This document shows, piece after piece, positions 18,901-26,400 of a stretch of 40,000 bases of DNA (the stretch's first letter is position 1; every line of letters begins with the position of its first letter). The notes under the pieces are model-generated. The model was given only the letters and a program-made list of their open reading frames with translations, was not told the DNA's origin and did not search any database. Location of the stretch: assembly GCF_014696435.1 (NCBI RefSeq), contig NZ_JACJQG010000002.1, positions 34,935 to 74,934 on the forward strand, written 5' to 3'. A program made the translations under genes and the position numbers. This stretch comes from Calothrix anomala FACHB-343 (GTDB lineage: Bacteria > Cyanobacteriota > Cyanobacteriia > Cyanobacteriales > Nostocaceae).

Positions 18901-19603
18901 TGGATCAATTGAAGTTTTAGGACGTTTAGATAATCAAATTAAAATCCGGGGAGTTCGGGTTCAACCTGGAGAAATTGAAGCCATTTTAAACCAACATCCA
19001 GCAGTTGGCGAAGGTGTTGTAATTGCTAAACAAATAGATTCTGGTGAGTATGGTCTTGTTGCTTATATAGTTTTGAAAACAGGACAAACCGTAACAAATA
19101 AAGAGTTACGACAATTCCTCAAAAAGCAACTGCCAGAATACATGGTTCCTTTCTCTTTTGTGCAGTTGGATAATTTACCTTTAACTGCTACAGGTAAAGT
19201 AAATCGTCAATTACTACCCGAACACCATCACAACATCGAGCCAATTTATGAACACAGAAAACCCCGCACACCCATAGAAGTTAAAATTGTAGAAATTCTA
19301 GCTCAAGTTCTAAAATTAGATCAAATAGGTATTGATGATAATTTCTTTGAATTAGGAGGACATTCTTTATTAGCTGCTCAAGTTATTTCACGACTACAAC
19401 AAGAATTTCAAGTAAAAATTACCCTAAAATCTTTGTTTGAAATGCCTACTCCTGCTCAACTAGCAACCCTGATTGAAAAACTCCAGTCAGATACTAATGC
19501 TGCATCTGTAGTTCCTAAAATCACCAAAGTTTCTCGAAAACGTTATCAGGCTAAAGTTTTTGATACTGGGAAAATAGAAGTTTCCGAAGAATTAAAACAG
19601 TAA
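6875..19603 (+). CDS. Hybrid PKS/NRPS megasynthase: docking - KS - AT(malonyl) - ACP - LLM - KR - C - A(Asp-like) - PCP - C - A(DARH-type) - PCP
   Basis: 4242-aa ORF. Its ATG overlaps the upstream TAA (TAATG). KS: DTACSSS (Cys codon 7502-7504), EAHGTGT, KTNISHVETAAG. AT: GHSLGE (Ser codon 8915-8917), HAFH. ACP: VEMGADSIVF (Ser codon 9938-9940). LLM starts at MQFSLYYFG. KR: YLITGGLGALG, LDD in HLAGLLDDG, YRRAN region. C domains: VHHIISDGWS and MHHIVSDGWS. A domains: LAYIIFTSGSTGQPKG and PAYIFFTSGSTGTPKG. PCPs: two copies of FFELGGHSLLA. Confidence 0.93.
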   Translation: MSGGSNNVQNLSSLQRSVLLIEKLEAKIKRLESAKTEPIAIIGMSCRFPGGAENPQEFWKILYSGIDAVTEVPANRWNIADYYDENPQIPGKIYTKSGGFLSDVDQFDPHFFGISAREAVNIDPQHRLLLEVTWEALENAGCIPQRNQGSPTGVFVGITLNDYGLIAKQARSDVSQQAYGVTGSPSYAAAGRISYTFGFTGPCMAIDTACSSSLVAIHQACQSLRQQECQMAIAGGVNLILLPDSMIATAKAGMLSPDGRCKTFDATADGIGRGEGCGILVLKRLSDAQADGDNILAVIRGSAVNQDGPSSGLTVPNGASQQQVMRQALKMAQIEPAEVTYVEAHGTGTPLGDPIELRSLAKIYGSHRSQDNPLFVGSAKTNISHVETAAGVAGVIKVILQLQHQQIAPHLHLKNPTNHFNWEDFPLVVPTQVTPWLVQSGSRIGVVNSFGATGTNAHIVLAEAPAPLKPENSGSLERSLHLLTLSTKTEPALKDLVNLYQNWVEQNTDLKITNLKIADICYSANTGRAHFKHRLALLVAEPQELAAKLQNLTISLSPEQNTQENSSITGVFQGQLAINSGVPKIAFLFTGQGSQYIDMGRELYQSQPLFRRILEQCDQILRSELETPLLEILYPQNTNQSQTSLIDQTNYTQPALFALEYALAQLWISWGIKPAAVMGHSLGEYVAACIAGVFSLEDGLKLIAARGRLMQSLPQNGAMLAVFAEETRVTEIIAPYQNKVAISAYNGAQNIVISGENQAIAAIKTTLEAEAIESRPLNTSHAFHSPLVDPILEQLEQIANQIEIHPPRIPIVSNLTGETLSINQPLNGKYWRKHSREAVKFTAGLATLVEKGYETFLEIGAKPVLSKMGHRCKLGDNLLWLASLVAGQSNWATLLNSLAQLYVRGAEVNWSGFDRDYPRQRLILPNYPFQRQRYWLEIPNADMSPQKAIASAPMNGQLPEPVTQPVRETIAEPTPEPKPQTSASSKQEQIIKLLQSLIAEALQTSPDTVDIHTPLVEMGADSIVFMETGQQLETTFGVRIPIRRLFEDLSTLNALGTYIAENLPAEFKFTDNFTDNQPVSPLVTSESPDRQTENKAVESAQVSQIPPTAEPVGTTALERIMSQQLQAMSQLMSEQLAVLRGETTTTPPQFIPNHNPVNSPQTTIKNTKRQEFWERREYKPTLSDIQDQAANFAVTVPANKEMQFSLYYFGSYDAAFSKDKYSLLFGGVEYADQNGFTSVWLPERHFHAFGGFSPNPSILCASLAKVTKNIQLRAGSVVLPLHHPVRVAEDWAIIDNISQGRVGISFASGWHPHDFVFAPEAYDDRREIMFEGIETVQKLWRGESIQLLSGSGNMAEIRTFPMPQQKELPVWVTIVNNPDTYMRAGALGIGVLTNLMGQTVEDLARNIAIYRESLARHGFDPSVGQVTVLLHTFMGTDLQQVRETARKPFQQYLTSSIGLFQALVKSQGLQMADFEKMSEDDKDYILSAAYDRYVQTSALIGTADSCLEIVEKLLAIGVDEIACLIDFGVEEEAVLASLPHVKTLKERVNQVKTDDWFYGLDWQQEPRDLPLNSSLKSGHWLIFADVQGVGTALAQQLQLNGQTYTLIYPQGSGISLSNGDWEIDPTDSKAFNQLLQNILQNQLTDGELPLSGVIYLWSLNSPLSEQLTVDLLQQTQETVCGGVLHLVQALDKQPELKNACPQMWLITQQAVASDNTAPTGIAQASLWGFGRVIALEYPELWGGLIDIDRSNTTSQAEQIWLEIRAQLGKKSQAEDQVLLHQEKRYVARLVRQTVSNSSVDNSPVNLDLDGTYLITGGLGALGIRLAQWLVDRGVRHLVLCGRSAPAAKIQKTITQLQQQGIQVMVAQVDISKFNDLSELLQQIQGKNQDNWLPLQGIFHLAGLLDDGALFQQTWKRFDAVFAPKILGTWNLHVLTQELPLKHFVLFSSIASLLGSPGQANHAAANAFIDALAHYRRANGLPAVSINWGSWTEIGKVTRLEGAQQQRLQEYFDKLWRSYGMEAIAPKAGLHALEQLLNQPPVQVGVFPIDWPKFCESLGVEQKPLLLYLTQPETTSTTTSPIRIPLSEAQKQLWLLAQIVEEGSIVYNDNVNLELLGDLHLEILKQSIQTVVERHEALRTVIDPQGEWQEILPTLKVDIPLIDLSSTKDEQEQCLQDWLIQRSQKPLNLTTDPLFQVEVLKLGQQHHVLVITVHHIISDGWSIENILKEIALIYSALGDGADVKLNTPLQFRQFLHWQTNRSQSAEMLSHESFWLEQFADSIPVLELPTDRPRPLRKTYHGSRQTRITPPQLREQLRQFSQGQGCTLFMTLLAAHFVLLHRLSRQAEIVVGIPTAGRFLAGSETMVGYATHLLPIRSCFPADLSFSAYLAEIRSRLLAAYEHQDYPFAQLLKQLNLKSDSSRTPLVSVTFNLEPPVPTVSLNNLDTAMMSRLVSFTHFDLHFVVIDMGDRLILEAKYNTDLFNDATIERWLGHFQTLLEEIITQPNQEIATLPLLTQSERQQLLMDWNAELTQYSSAPLETECVYQRFSKQVSQNPDALAVVFANQQLTYQELNTRANQLANHLRNLNIPSGGRIVLYIERSLESLIAILGIWKAGGVYIPLDAANTPPQRLALLLEDIQPTALLTQTSYKSNLPTSLCCPVVFLDKQGNDNPQNQSPEILDPNFPQVTPDDLAYIIFTSGSTGQPKGVAIKHRHLSAYTTSITQRLGLQSGMSFATVSTFAADLGYTAIFPTLCTGGTLHIITQETATDPQALATYFSQHQIDCLKIVPAHLNALLEGEKSSQVLPRHTLVLGGDTLTWELVGKIQNLAPQCRIFNHYGPSETTVGVLTFLVDDRHSPKSSATVPLGRPLPHVCVYILDQYQQPAPVGVPGELYIGGASVAQGYLNRPELTTEKFISNPFSNEPGARLYKTGDLARYLPDGNIEFLGRIDNQVKIRGYRLELGEVESVLNQHPGVQQAVVLAWEQEQTGEKRLVAYWVAVKTEGVSVSSQELRQFLQAKLPDYMIPSSLIGLENIPLTANGKIDSRALPLPEEDFSQEADFIAPRTPTEQAIADIFATVLRLESVGINNNFFELGGHSLLATQVISRLRETFQIDLPLVSLFTSPTVAGIDLIIHQQMQQGIVKTAPAIAAVPRTSDTELPLSWSQERLWFIEQLEGANATYNMPAAVRLQGNLNISALEQALGEIVKRHEVLRTGFKSEDGKAVQVIFPDATLSLQTIDLQNLLSSEQEIIVQKHIIEEAKTPFDLSQPPLMRATLLQLHPQSYVIFITMHHIVSDGWSVSIVVRELSTLYQAFAQNRPSPLPDLSIQYADFTIWQRQWLTGEVLQTQLNYWQNQLALNLPILNLPLDYPLSAKQDARGAQQNISIEPKLTQALKALSDQEGVTLFMTLFAAFNVLLSRHTGQEDIIIGSPIAGRNHLGSEDLVGFFINTLPLRTNLAENPSFRQLLKRVREVTLGAYTYQDIPFEKLVEELRTERVLNRHPLFDVLFNFVNTPEAVLNMGDLTFQRLPQPEPYSKFWLTFYIRQVDEGLNIELVYRQSLFTAERMQALLEQFVVLLTQVVERPDETIQSYSLLSPQTAALIPDPSLPLPEPDYELVTTSFINWAKKSPEQIAIRQNGKKWTYGELATAAENIAQVLMSRGLKQKDVVALWGERSFGLIAGVLGIFLAGGVLLIIDSNLPPQRQNLMLEQTQARYLISIGEATQVAQVVEKELKIIAINPHTAATVGETVSSDIALPTLAAKDPAYIFFTSGSTGTPKGVLGNHQGIAHFIHWQRQTFEIKESDRIAQLIGLSFDAILRDIFLPLTSGATLCLPDQDYIPGSPQILTWLDLEQISVFHTVPAIAQSWLQNIPEKVTLSSLRWVFLSGEPLTQSLVQQWRQTFPEAGNIVNLYGATETTMVKCFYPVPPEIPAGVMPGGWPLPDTQILILNAKNQLCGIGEIGEIVVRTPFRTLGYIQPTLSPFVLNPFRQDPQDLVYYTGDNGRYRPDGSIEVLGRLDNQIKIRGVRVQPGEIEAILNQHPAVGEGVVIAKQIDSGEYGLVAYIVLKTGQTVTNKELRQFLKKQLPEYMVPFSFVQLDNLPLTATGKVNRQLLPEHHHNIEPIYEHRKPRTPIEVKIVEILAQVLKLDQIGIDDNFFELGGHSLLAAQVISRLQQEFQVKITLKSLFEMPTPAQLATLIEKLQSDTNAASVVPKITKVSRKRYQAKVFDTGKIEVSEELKQ
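9830..10065 (+). other. ACP placed directly after the AT (the only carrier domain of this PKS module)
   Basis: QIIKLLQSLIAEALQTSPDTVDIHTPLVEMGADSIVFMETGQQLE...LFEDLSTLNALGTYI, with Ser codon 9938-9940. A Pro/Thr/Glu-rich linker precedes it. No carrier motif exists between the KR and the following C domain. Confidence 0.75.
10478..11512 (+). other. LLM domain 2
   Basis: MQFSLYYFG...WLPERHFHAFGGFSPNPS...AGSVVLPLHHP...GRVGISFASGWHPHDF...LHTFMG...IGTADSC...GVDEIACLIDFG. Confidence 0.85.
11534..12857 (+). other. KR domain (structural plus catalytic subdomains), LDD-containing (B-type signature)
   Basis: DDWFYGLDWQQ...GHWLIFAD is the structural part. Catalytic part: YLITGGLGALG, HLAGLLDDG, APKILGTWNL, SS...GQANHAAAN. 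Confidence 0.8.
14498..16023 (+). other. A domain with a hand-extracted specificity code DLTKVGHVGK (Asp-like)
   Basis: Aligned by eye to GrsA numbering. FAADLGYT gives D235/L236/T239. LKIVPAH gives K278. LVLGGD gives V299/G301. NHYGPSETTVG gives H322/V330/G331. NGKID gives K517. The published Asp code, as I recall it, is DLTKVGHIGK. Confidence 0.6.
17724..19220 (+). other. A domain with a hand-extracted code DARHFSLMVK (no exact match known to me; the DARH start resembles the McyB module 2 beta-MeAsp/D-Asp pocket)
   Basis: SFDAILRD gives D/A/R. VFHTVPA gives H278. VFLSGE gives F299/S301. NLYGATETTMV gives L322/M330/V331. TGKVN gives K. From memory, McyB-A2 is DARHVGIFVK and McyE is DPRHSGVVGK. 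Confidence 0.4.
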
Positions 19604-19625
19604 ATATTCAATTCTAAACAATAAC

Positions 19626-19653
19626 AGAGATTCTTATTTTCTTGAGAATCTTT
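19626..19653 (+). terminator. Weak stem-loop downstream of the hybrid synthase stop (possible attenuator or mRNA-stability element)
   Basis: AGAGATTCT (19626-19634) pairs with AGAATCTTT (19645-19653): 8 Watson-Crick pairs plus one G-U. The loop is 10 nt. Only a short T stretch follows, and downstream genes continue on the same strand. Confidence 0.25.
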
Positions 19654-19684
19654 TAAATCAATTTAGTAAAACTGGAGGGAAGAT

Positions 19685-20425
19685 ATGTTAGGAATCTTGG
19701 GAGGTATGGGACCATTAGCATCAGCAGAATTTGTCAAAACAATTTATGATTACAATGTTTTTGGCAACAAAGAACAAGATGCACCAAGAGTAATCTTAAA
19801 TTCTAATCCCACCATTCCAGACAGAACCAGTTTTTTGTTGAAAGGTGATTATGATTTATTGTTATTGAATTTAATAGAATCTACCCAAAAATTAGATGAT
19901 TTACAAGTGTCTAAAATCATTATTTGTTGTGTCACATCCCATTATTTATTGCCCTACTTTCCTCAGAAACTAAAAGATAAAATAATTTCCTTAGTTGATG
20001 TTTGTTTGCTGGAAGTTTGGCATTCTCAAAGTTCTCATTTGTTGCTGTGTACTAATGGAACTCGTCAATTAAATGTATTTCAAACCAGTGAGTTATGGCC
20101 AATGGCAGAAGATTATATTATTTTTCCTGACGACAAAGATCAAATTGCTATCCACAATATGATATATCAAATGAAGGTTAATAAACAGAGTTTTGATTCT
20201 GCCATCATTTTCTTGAAATATTTAATTAATAAATATCATGTTAGTTCTGTGATATCTGGTTGTACGGAAATACATTTACTTAACCGATATATTCATAATC
20301 AAAACTATCAAAATCAAGAAGATATCACCAATGATATTTTTTTAGACCCTTTAATGATTGTTGCCTCTAGATTAGAAAAATTTTTATGTAATAATGACAT
20401 AATTTTTTCTAAAGTTTATTCATAA
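19685..20425 (+). CDS. PLP-independent Asp/Glu-family amino-acid racemase (aspartate racemase-like, McyF-like role)
   Basis: 246 aa. N-terminal ILGGMGPLASAEF and IPDRT motifs. Two candidate catalytic thiols: Cys81/82 in IIICCVTSH and Cys193 in SGCTEIH. That spacing is typical of two-base Asp/Glu racemases. A GGAGG RBS lies at 19674-19678, upstream of the ATG. Confidence 0.8.
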   Translation: MLGILGGMGPLASAEFVKTIYDYNVFGNKEQDAPRVILNSNPTIPDRTSFLLKGDYDLLLLNLIESTQKLDDLQVSKIIICCVTSHYLLPYFPQKLKDKIISLVDVCLLEVWHSQSSHLLLCTNGTRQLNVFQTSELWPMAEDYIIFPDDKDQIAIHNMIYQMKVNKQSFDSAIIFLKYLINKYHVSSVISGCTEIHLLNRYIHNQNYQNQEDITNDIFLDPLMIVASRLEKFLCNNDIIFSKVYS

Positions 20426-20497
20426 TTTAATATAACTATTTTGCTGGCTGATTAATTACTCAAAAGTTAAAAAAATAAGTAAATTGCATTTGTAGAC

Positions 20498-23400
20498 ATG
20501 TCCGATCATAATTTGCTTTTAAATACACAAGAAACTTTTGTTTTCCCTTTGTCTTTTGCTCAAGAAAGGCTATGGTTTCTTAACCAACTGGAGGGAAACA
20601 AAGCCACTTATAATATGTTTACTGCCATTCGTTTAAATGGCAATTTGAATATTCATATTTTAGAGCAAGCTTTAAATGAAATTGTCCAACGTCATGAGGT
20701 ATTGCGAACAAGTTTTCAAACCATTGATGGACAAGGAGTACAGATAATTAATCCAGAGGTTAATTTTCATTTAAGTTGTATTGATTTACAAAATTTATCT
20801 GAGCCTGAAAGAGAAATAACTGTTCAAGAATGGATTGCAAAGGAAGCTAATACACCTTTTGATCTTTCCCAAGCTCCTTTAATGAGGGCTACACTTTTAC
20901 AAACTGATATTCAAGAGTATTTTCTGTTGGTGACAATGCACCATATTATCTCAGATGCTTGGTCTGTGGGTGTTGTCATTAAAGAGATATCTGTCATATA
21001 TCAAGCTTTGACTCAAGGTCAAGAACATACATTACCAGAGTTAGAAATTCAATATGCAGATTTTGGCGAATGGCAACGGGAATGGCTGCAAGGAGAGCGA
21101 TTAAATCAACAATTAATTTATTGGCAGAATTATTTAGCTGGTGTACCACCTGTTTTAGAATTACCTACAGATTATCCACGTCCACCTGTGCAAACATTCC
21201 AAGGACAAAACCAGAGGTTTGAAATTGGGACTGATTTAAGTGTAGCTCTGAAAAAATTGGCACAGGAAAATGGTTGCACTTTATTTATGGTTTTGTTGGC
21301 TGCTTTTGCTACGTTGCTATATCGTTATAGTAGTCAAGAAGATATTGTGATTGGCACACCTGTAGCTAATCGTAGTCAGCCGGAATTAGAATCATTAATT
21401 GGTTTTTTTGTTAATACTTTAGTTGTCCGTGCGAAATTTGATCAAGAATTAACTTTTACAGAAGTTTTAGAACAAATTAAAGAAGGGGTTTTAGAGAATT
21501 ATGCCCATCAAGATGTACCTTTTGAAAAAATTGTTGAGGAATTACAACCAGAACGTAAATTAAGCCATTCTCCGATTTTTCAAGTGTGTTTTGTTCTACA
21601 GAATACACCAACTGCAACTTTGCAACTACCAAATGTTACTTTAACACCCTTGTTTCCTGAGACTAAGGTGGCTAAGTTTGATTTGACTTTATCAATGTCA
21701 CAAACAGAGTCAGGGTTAAGGGGAGTGTGGCAATATAGTACAGATTTATTTGATGCTGCTACTATAGCCAGGATGGTAGAACATTTTCAAGTTTTATTAA
21801 AGGCGATCGCATCCCATCCTCATGAAAAAATTAACCTGTTACCTCTTTTAACAGCAACAGAACAACAACAAATTTTAAATGAATGGAATGATACAGCTAC
21901 ACCTTATCCCCAACATCTTTGCATTCATCAAATATTTGAAGAACAAGTTAGGTTGACACCGAATGCTGTAGCTTTAGTATTTGGTGAAGAACAACTTACT
22001 TACCAGCAATTGAATGACCGCGCTAACCAACTAGCACACCATTTACAAAATCTGGGTGTAGCTCCAGAGGTGTTGGTGGGATTATGTGTAAATCGTTCTT
22101 TTGATATGATTGTCGGTTTGTTAGCTATCCTCAAAGCAGGTGGCGCTTATGTTCCCCTAGAGCCCAATTATCCAGAAGAACGTTTAGCATACATCATGGA
22201 AGATGCTGCGGTTTCTGTGTTATTGATTCAAGAATCGCTAGAAGAGAAATTACCCCCTTCCTATGCTTTAGTAGTTTATTTAGATAGTGATTGGGAAGAA
22301 ATAGCTACCCAAAGTTGTGAAAATCCTGTATCTGAGGTTCAACCTCATCACTTAGCTTATGTGATTTATACCTCTGGGTCTACTGGTCAACCTAAGGGTG
22401 TGTTAGTGACTCATCAGGGTATAGGAAATCTAGCCTTAGCACAGCAAAAATTATTTAAAGTAGAAAATAATAGTCGAGTTCTTCAGTTTGCGGCGTTTGG
22501 CTTTGATGCTTCCGTGTCGGAAATCTTTATGGCTTTGGTGTCTGGTGCGCGACTGGTGTTAGCACCTACCCAAAAACTAATGCCTGGTTTAGATTTGCAA
22601 CAGGCGATCGCACATCACCACATTACTCATATTACCCTACCCCCTTCAGCTTTAGCCATTTTGCCCCCAGAGCAAATGCCCACCCTCAAACAAGTCATCG
22701 TTGCTGGAGAAGCCTGTCCTGAGCCTCTAGCGCGGATTTGGAGTCAAGGAAGGCACTTTTTCAACGCCTATGGTCCGAGTGAAGCCACAGTTTGCGCCAC
22801 CGTTGCTGAAGTTTGTTTGTACTCAGAAACAAATACTAAAACTATAGTTCCCATTGGTCGCCCCATTGCTAATACACAAATTTATATTCTTGACAACTCT
22901 ATTCAACCTGTACCTGTAGGAATCCCAGGAGAAATATATATTAGTAGTGTGGGTTTAGCTAGGGGATATTTAAACCAACCACAACTAACAGCAGCCAAGT
23001 TCATCGACAATCCCTTTAAAGAAGGCAGATTATATAAAACCGGCGACTTAGCCAGATATTTACCAGATGGCAACATAGAATTTTTAGGTCGCATTGATCG
23101 TCAAGTAAAAATTCGCGGCTTTAGAATTGAACTAGGAGAAATAGAAGCACAGCTAAGTCAACATTTTCAAATACAAGAAGCCACAGTTATCACTCGTGAA
23201 GACCCCTCTGGCAATCAAAGATTAGTAGCTTATCTAGTATCTAAAAATCAAGACTTAACACCATCAGAACTGCGGCAGTTTCTCAAACAAAGACTACCAG
23301 ATTACATGGTTCCCAGTATCTTTGTGATGTTGGAGGCGATGCCATTAACACCAAATGGTAAAATTGACCATCGCAATCTGCCCGATCCTGAACAAGATTT

Positions 23401-26400
23401 AACAGAAGAAAATAATTTTGTTGCTCCCCGAACACCTACAGAACAAAAAATTGCTGATATATTTGCGGCTGTTTTGAAAATAGAACAGGTGGGTATTTAC
23501 AATAATTTCTTTGAACTGGGGGGACATTCTCTTTTAGCAACACAAGTTATTTCTCGATTTAGAGAAGCTTTTGCCATTGAACTACCTTTAGAAACCCTAT
23601 TTAAATCACCAACTGTTGCTGAGTTAGATGTAATTATTCAGCAATGGTTAGAAAATAATTCTGCCACAGATTCGCCTGTAACTCGTCCTTTACCTGCTGT
23701 AGTTGCCATCCCAAGAGAAGATAATACTGTTTTACCTTTGAGTTGGGGACAGGAAAGATTATGGTTTTTAAATCAGTTAGAAGGAAGCAGTGCCGCTTAT
23801 AATATTTCTATGGCAGTTCAGCTACAAGGAAAGCTGAATGTTGATGCTTTAGAACAGGCATTTAGAGAAATTGTCCAACGTCATGAAGTCCTAAGAACTC
23901 GTTTTGATACTGTTGATGGTCATCCTGTACAAATAATTGACACAGAATCAAAATTTAATTTATTGCTGGATAACCTGCAATTAATTTCTACTGATAAATT
24001 AGAGGTGGAAGTTAAACAAAAACTTACCCAAGAAACTCAAAAACCTCTTGATTTAAATCAATCACCTTTAATTCGGGCGACACTGCTACAAATCGCCGAT
24101 AATGACTATATTCTCCTTGTTACCATGCACCATATCATTGCTGATGGTTGGTCTGTGAGAGTCATGGTAAAAGAGTTGTCTATCCTTTATGATGCCTTTG
24201 TTCAAGGTTTGCCTTCTCCTTTACCACCGCTAACTATTCAGTATGCAGACTTTGTGCAATGGCAACGCCAATGGTCACAAGGCCATATTCTAGAACAACA
24301 GCTAAACTACTGGAAAACATACTTACTGGATGCACCACCGTTATTAGAGTTACCTACTGACTATCCTCGTCCTATTGTACAAACCCTTAGAGGCGCACAG
24401 CAATCTTTTACTCTGTCTGCTGAGTTGATTTCCCAATTGCAACAGCTTACTCAGTCCACAGATACAACTTTGTTTATGGTGCTGTGTAGCGGGTTCTTGG
24501 TGTTACTCCATCGCTACAGTAGTCACGATGATATAGTTTTGGGTACTGTCATGGCTAATCGCAATCGAACTGAGATTGAGCCTTTGATTGGTTTATTTGT
24601 CAATACTTTGGTGCTGCGAACTCAGTTTGAGGCAGATTCCACTTTTATAGATATTCTCAAGCAAGTACAACAAGGAACACTTGGGGGATATGCTAATCAA
24701 GATGTACCGTTTGAAAAAATTGTTGAGGTATTGCAGCCAGAACGGAATCTGAGTCATTCTCCTTTGTTCCAGGTGATGTTTTCGTTGCAAAATGCCTCCA
24801 GTGCTTCTTTAAGTCTACCAGATGTCAGCTCTACACCCCTGAAGCCAGAAGTTCTCACCGCTAAATTTGATTTAACCTTGTCGCTGACAGAAACTGAAGC
24901 GGGAATGTCGGGTTTTTGGGAATACAACACTGATTTGTTTAAGGCAGAAACCATTACTCGCATGATTGCACATTACCAAGTGTTGCTGGCAGGGATTGTG
25001 ACTAATGTGCAAGAGCGTATCAGCAAATTGCCCCTACTGACACCAGAGGAAGAGAAGCAGTTATTGGTAGCCTGGAATGATACACAGGTGAGTTATTCCC
25101 CGGATATTTGTCTGCATCAACAGTTTGAACAGCAGGTAGAAAAAACACCCGATGCGATCGCTCTTGTTTTCCAAAACCAGCAATTAACTTACCAAGAATT
25201 AAATCAACGAGCAAATCAGTTAGCAAATTATTTACAGCGTCAAGGTGTCAGTTCAGAAACTTTAGTGGGTATTTGTGTAGAGCGATCGCTAGAAATGATG
25301 ATCGGGTTATTGGGTATCCTTAAAGCCGGTGCTGCTTATGTTCCTTTAGACCCCTATCACCCCCAAGAACGATTGGCTTTTATCTTATCAGATACCCAAA
25401 TGCCCATTTTATTAACCCAGGAAAGGTTACAAACCAAGTTACCCTCTCATAGTGCTAAGGTCATCTGTTTAGATACTAATTGGACTGATATTGCTCAGGA
25501 AAATCAAGCCAATCTGAGTACATCAGTGAAAGGGGAAAATTTAGCTTACATTATCTATACCTCTGGTTCTACAGGTCAACCCAAAGGGGTGATGATTGAA
25601 CATAGACAAGTGGCTAACTTCTTTGTGGGGATGGATCGGCGTCTTAACGTAGAAAGTGATTCTGCTACCACAAAAACATGGTTAGCTGTCACAACTATTT
25701 CCTTTGATATTTCGATTCTGGAATTATTCTGGACTCTGGCACGGGGATTTAAAGTAATTATTCAGCAGGAACAAGAGAAAACCATTGCTGCTACAGTGCC
25801 AACTTCCCGGATGCCAGAAAAACAAATGCAGTTTAGTCTGTTCTATTTTGCCAATGAGAACAACACTGGTAATCATCAAGGGGAAAACCTGTATAAATTG
25901 TTGATTGAAGGGGCTAAATTTGCTGACAAAAATGGATTTACAGCAGTTTGGACTCCAGAACGACATTTTCATGAATTTGGGGGCATTTATCCTAATCCTG
26001 CCGTAGCCAGTGCAGCGATCGCCGCAGTCACTAAACAGGTGAAAATTCGGGCTGGTAGCGTGGTTTTACCACTACATCAAGAAATTCGCGTTGCTGAAGA
26101 ATGGGCTTTTGTAGATAATTTATCAAATGGTCGCGTAGGAATTTCTTTTGCCAGTGGTTGGCAACCTAATGATTTTGTCCTATCTCCCGAAAATTATCAC
26201 CGTCGTAAATCCCTACTGGTGGAACAAATAGAAACCGTCCGCAAACTTTGGCGCGGAGAATCTATCACCCTGAAAAATGGTAATGGCATTCCCACAGAAA
26301 TTAGAACATTCCCTAAACCAATTCAAGCAGAATTACCAACTTGGTTAACCGCCGCAGGTAGTCCCGAAACTTTCCGGTTAGCAGGAGAGTTGGGTTTAAA

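Noticed and set aside
16357-25050. Three C domains begin with LPLS(W/F)xQERLWF(L/I).QLEG. I considered calling them DCL-type, which would imply D-configured donors.
   Set aside because: The SxAQxRLWxL C1 motif is general to C domains, and subtype cannot be assigned by eye. There is no second HH motif that would suggest a dual E/C domain. HMM-based subtyping is needed.
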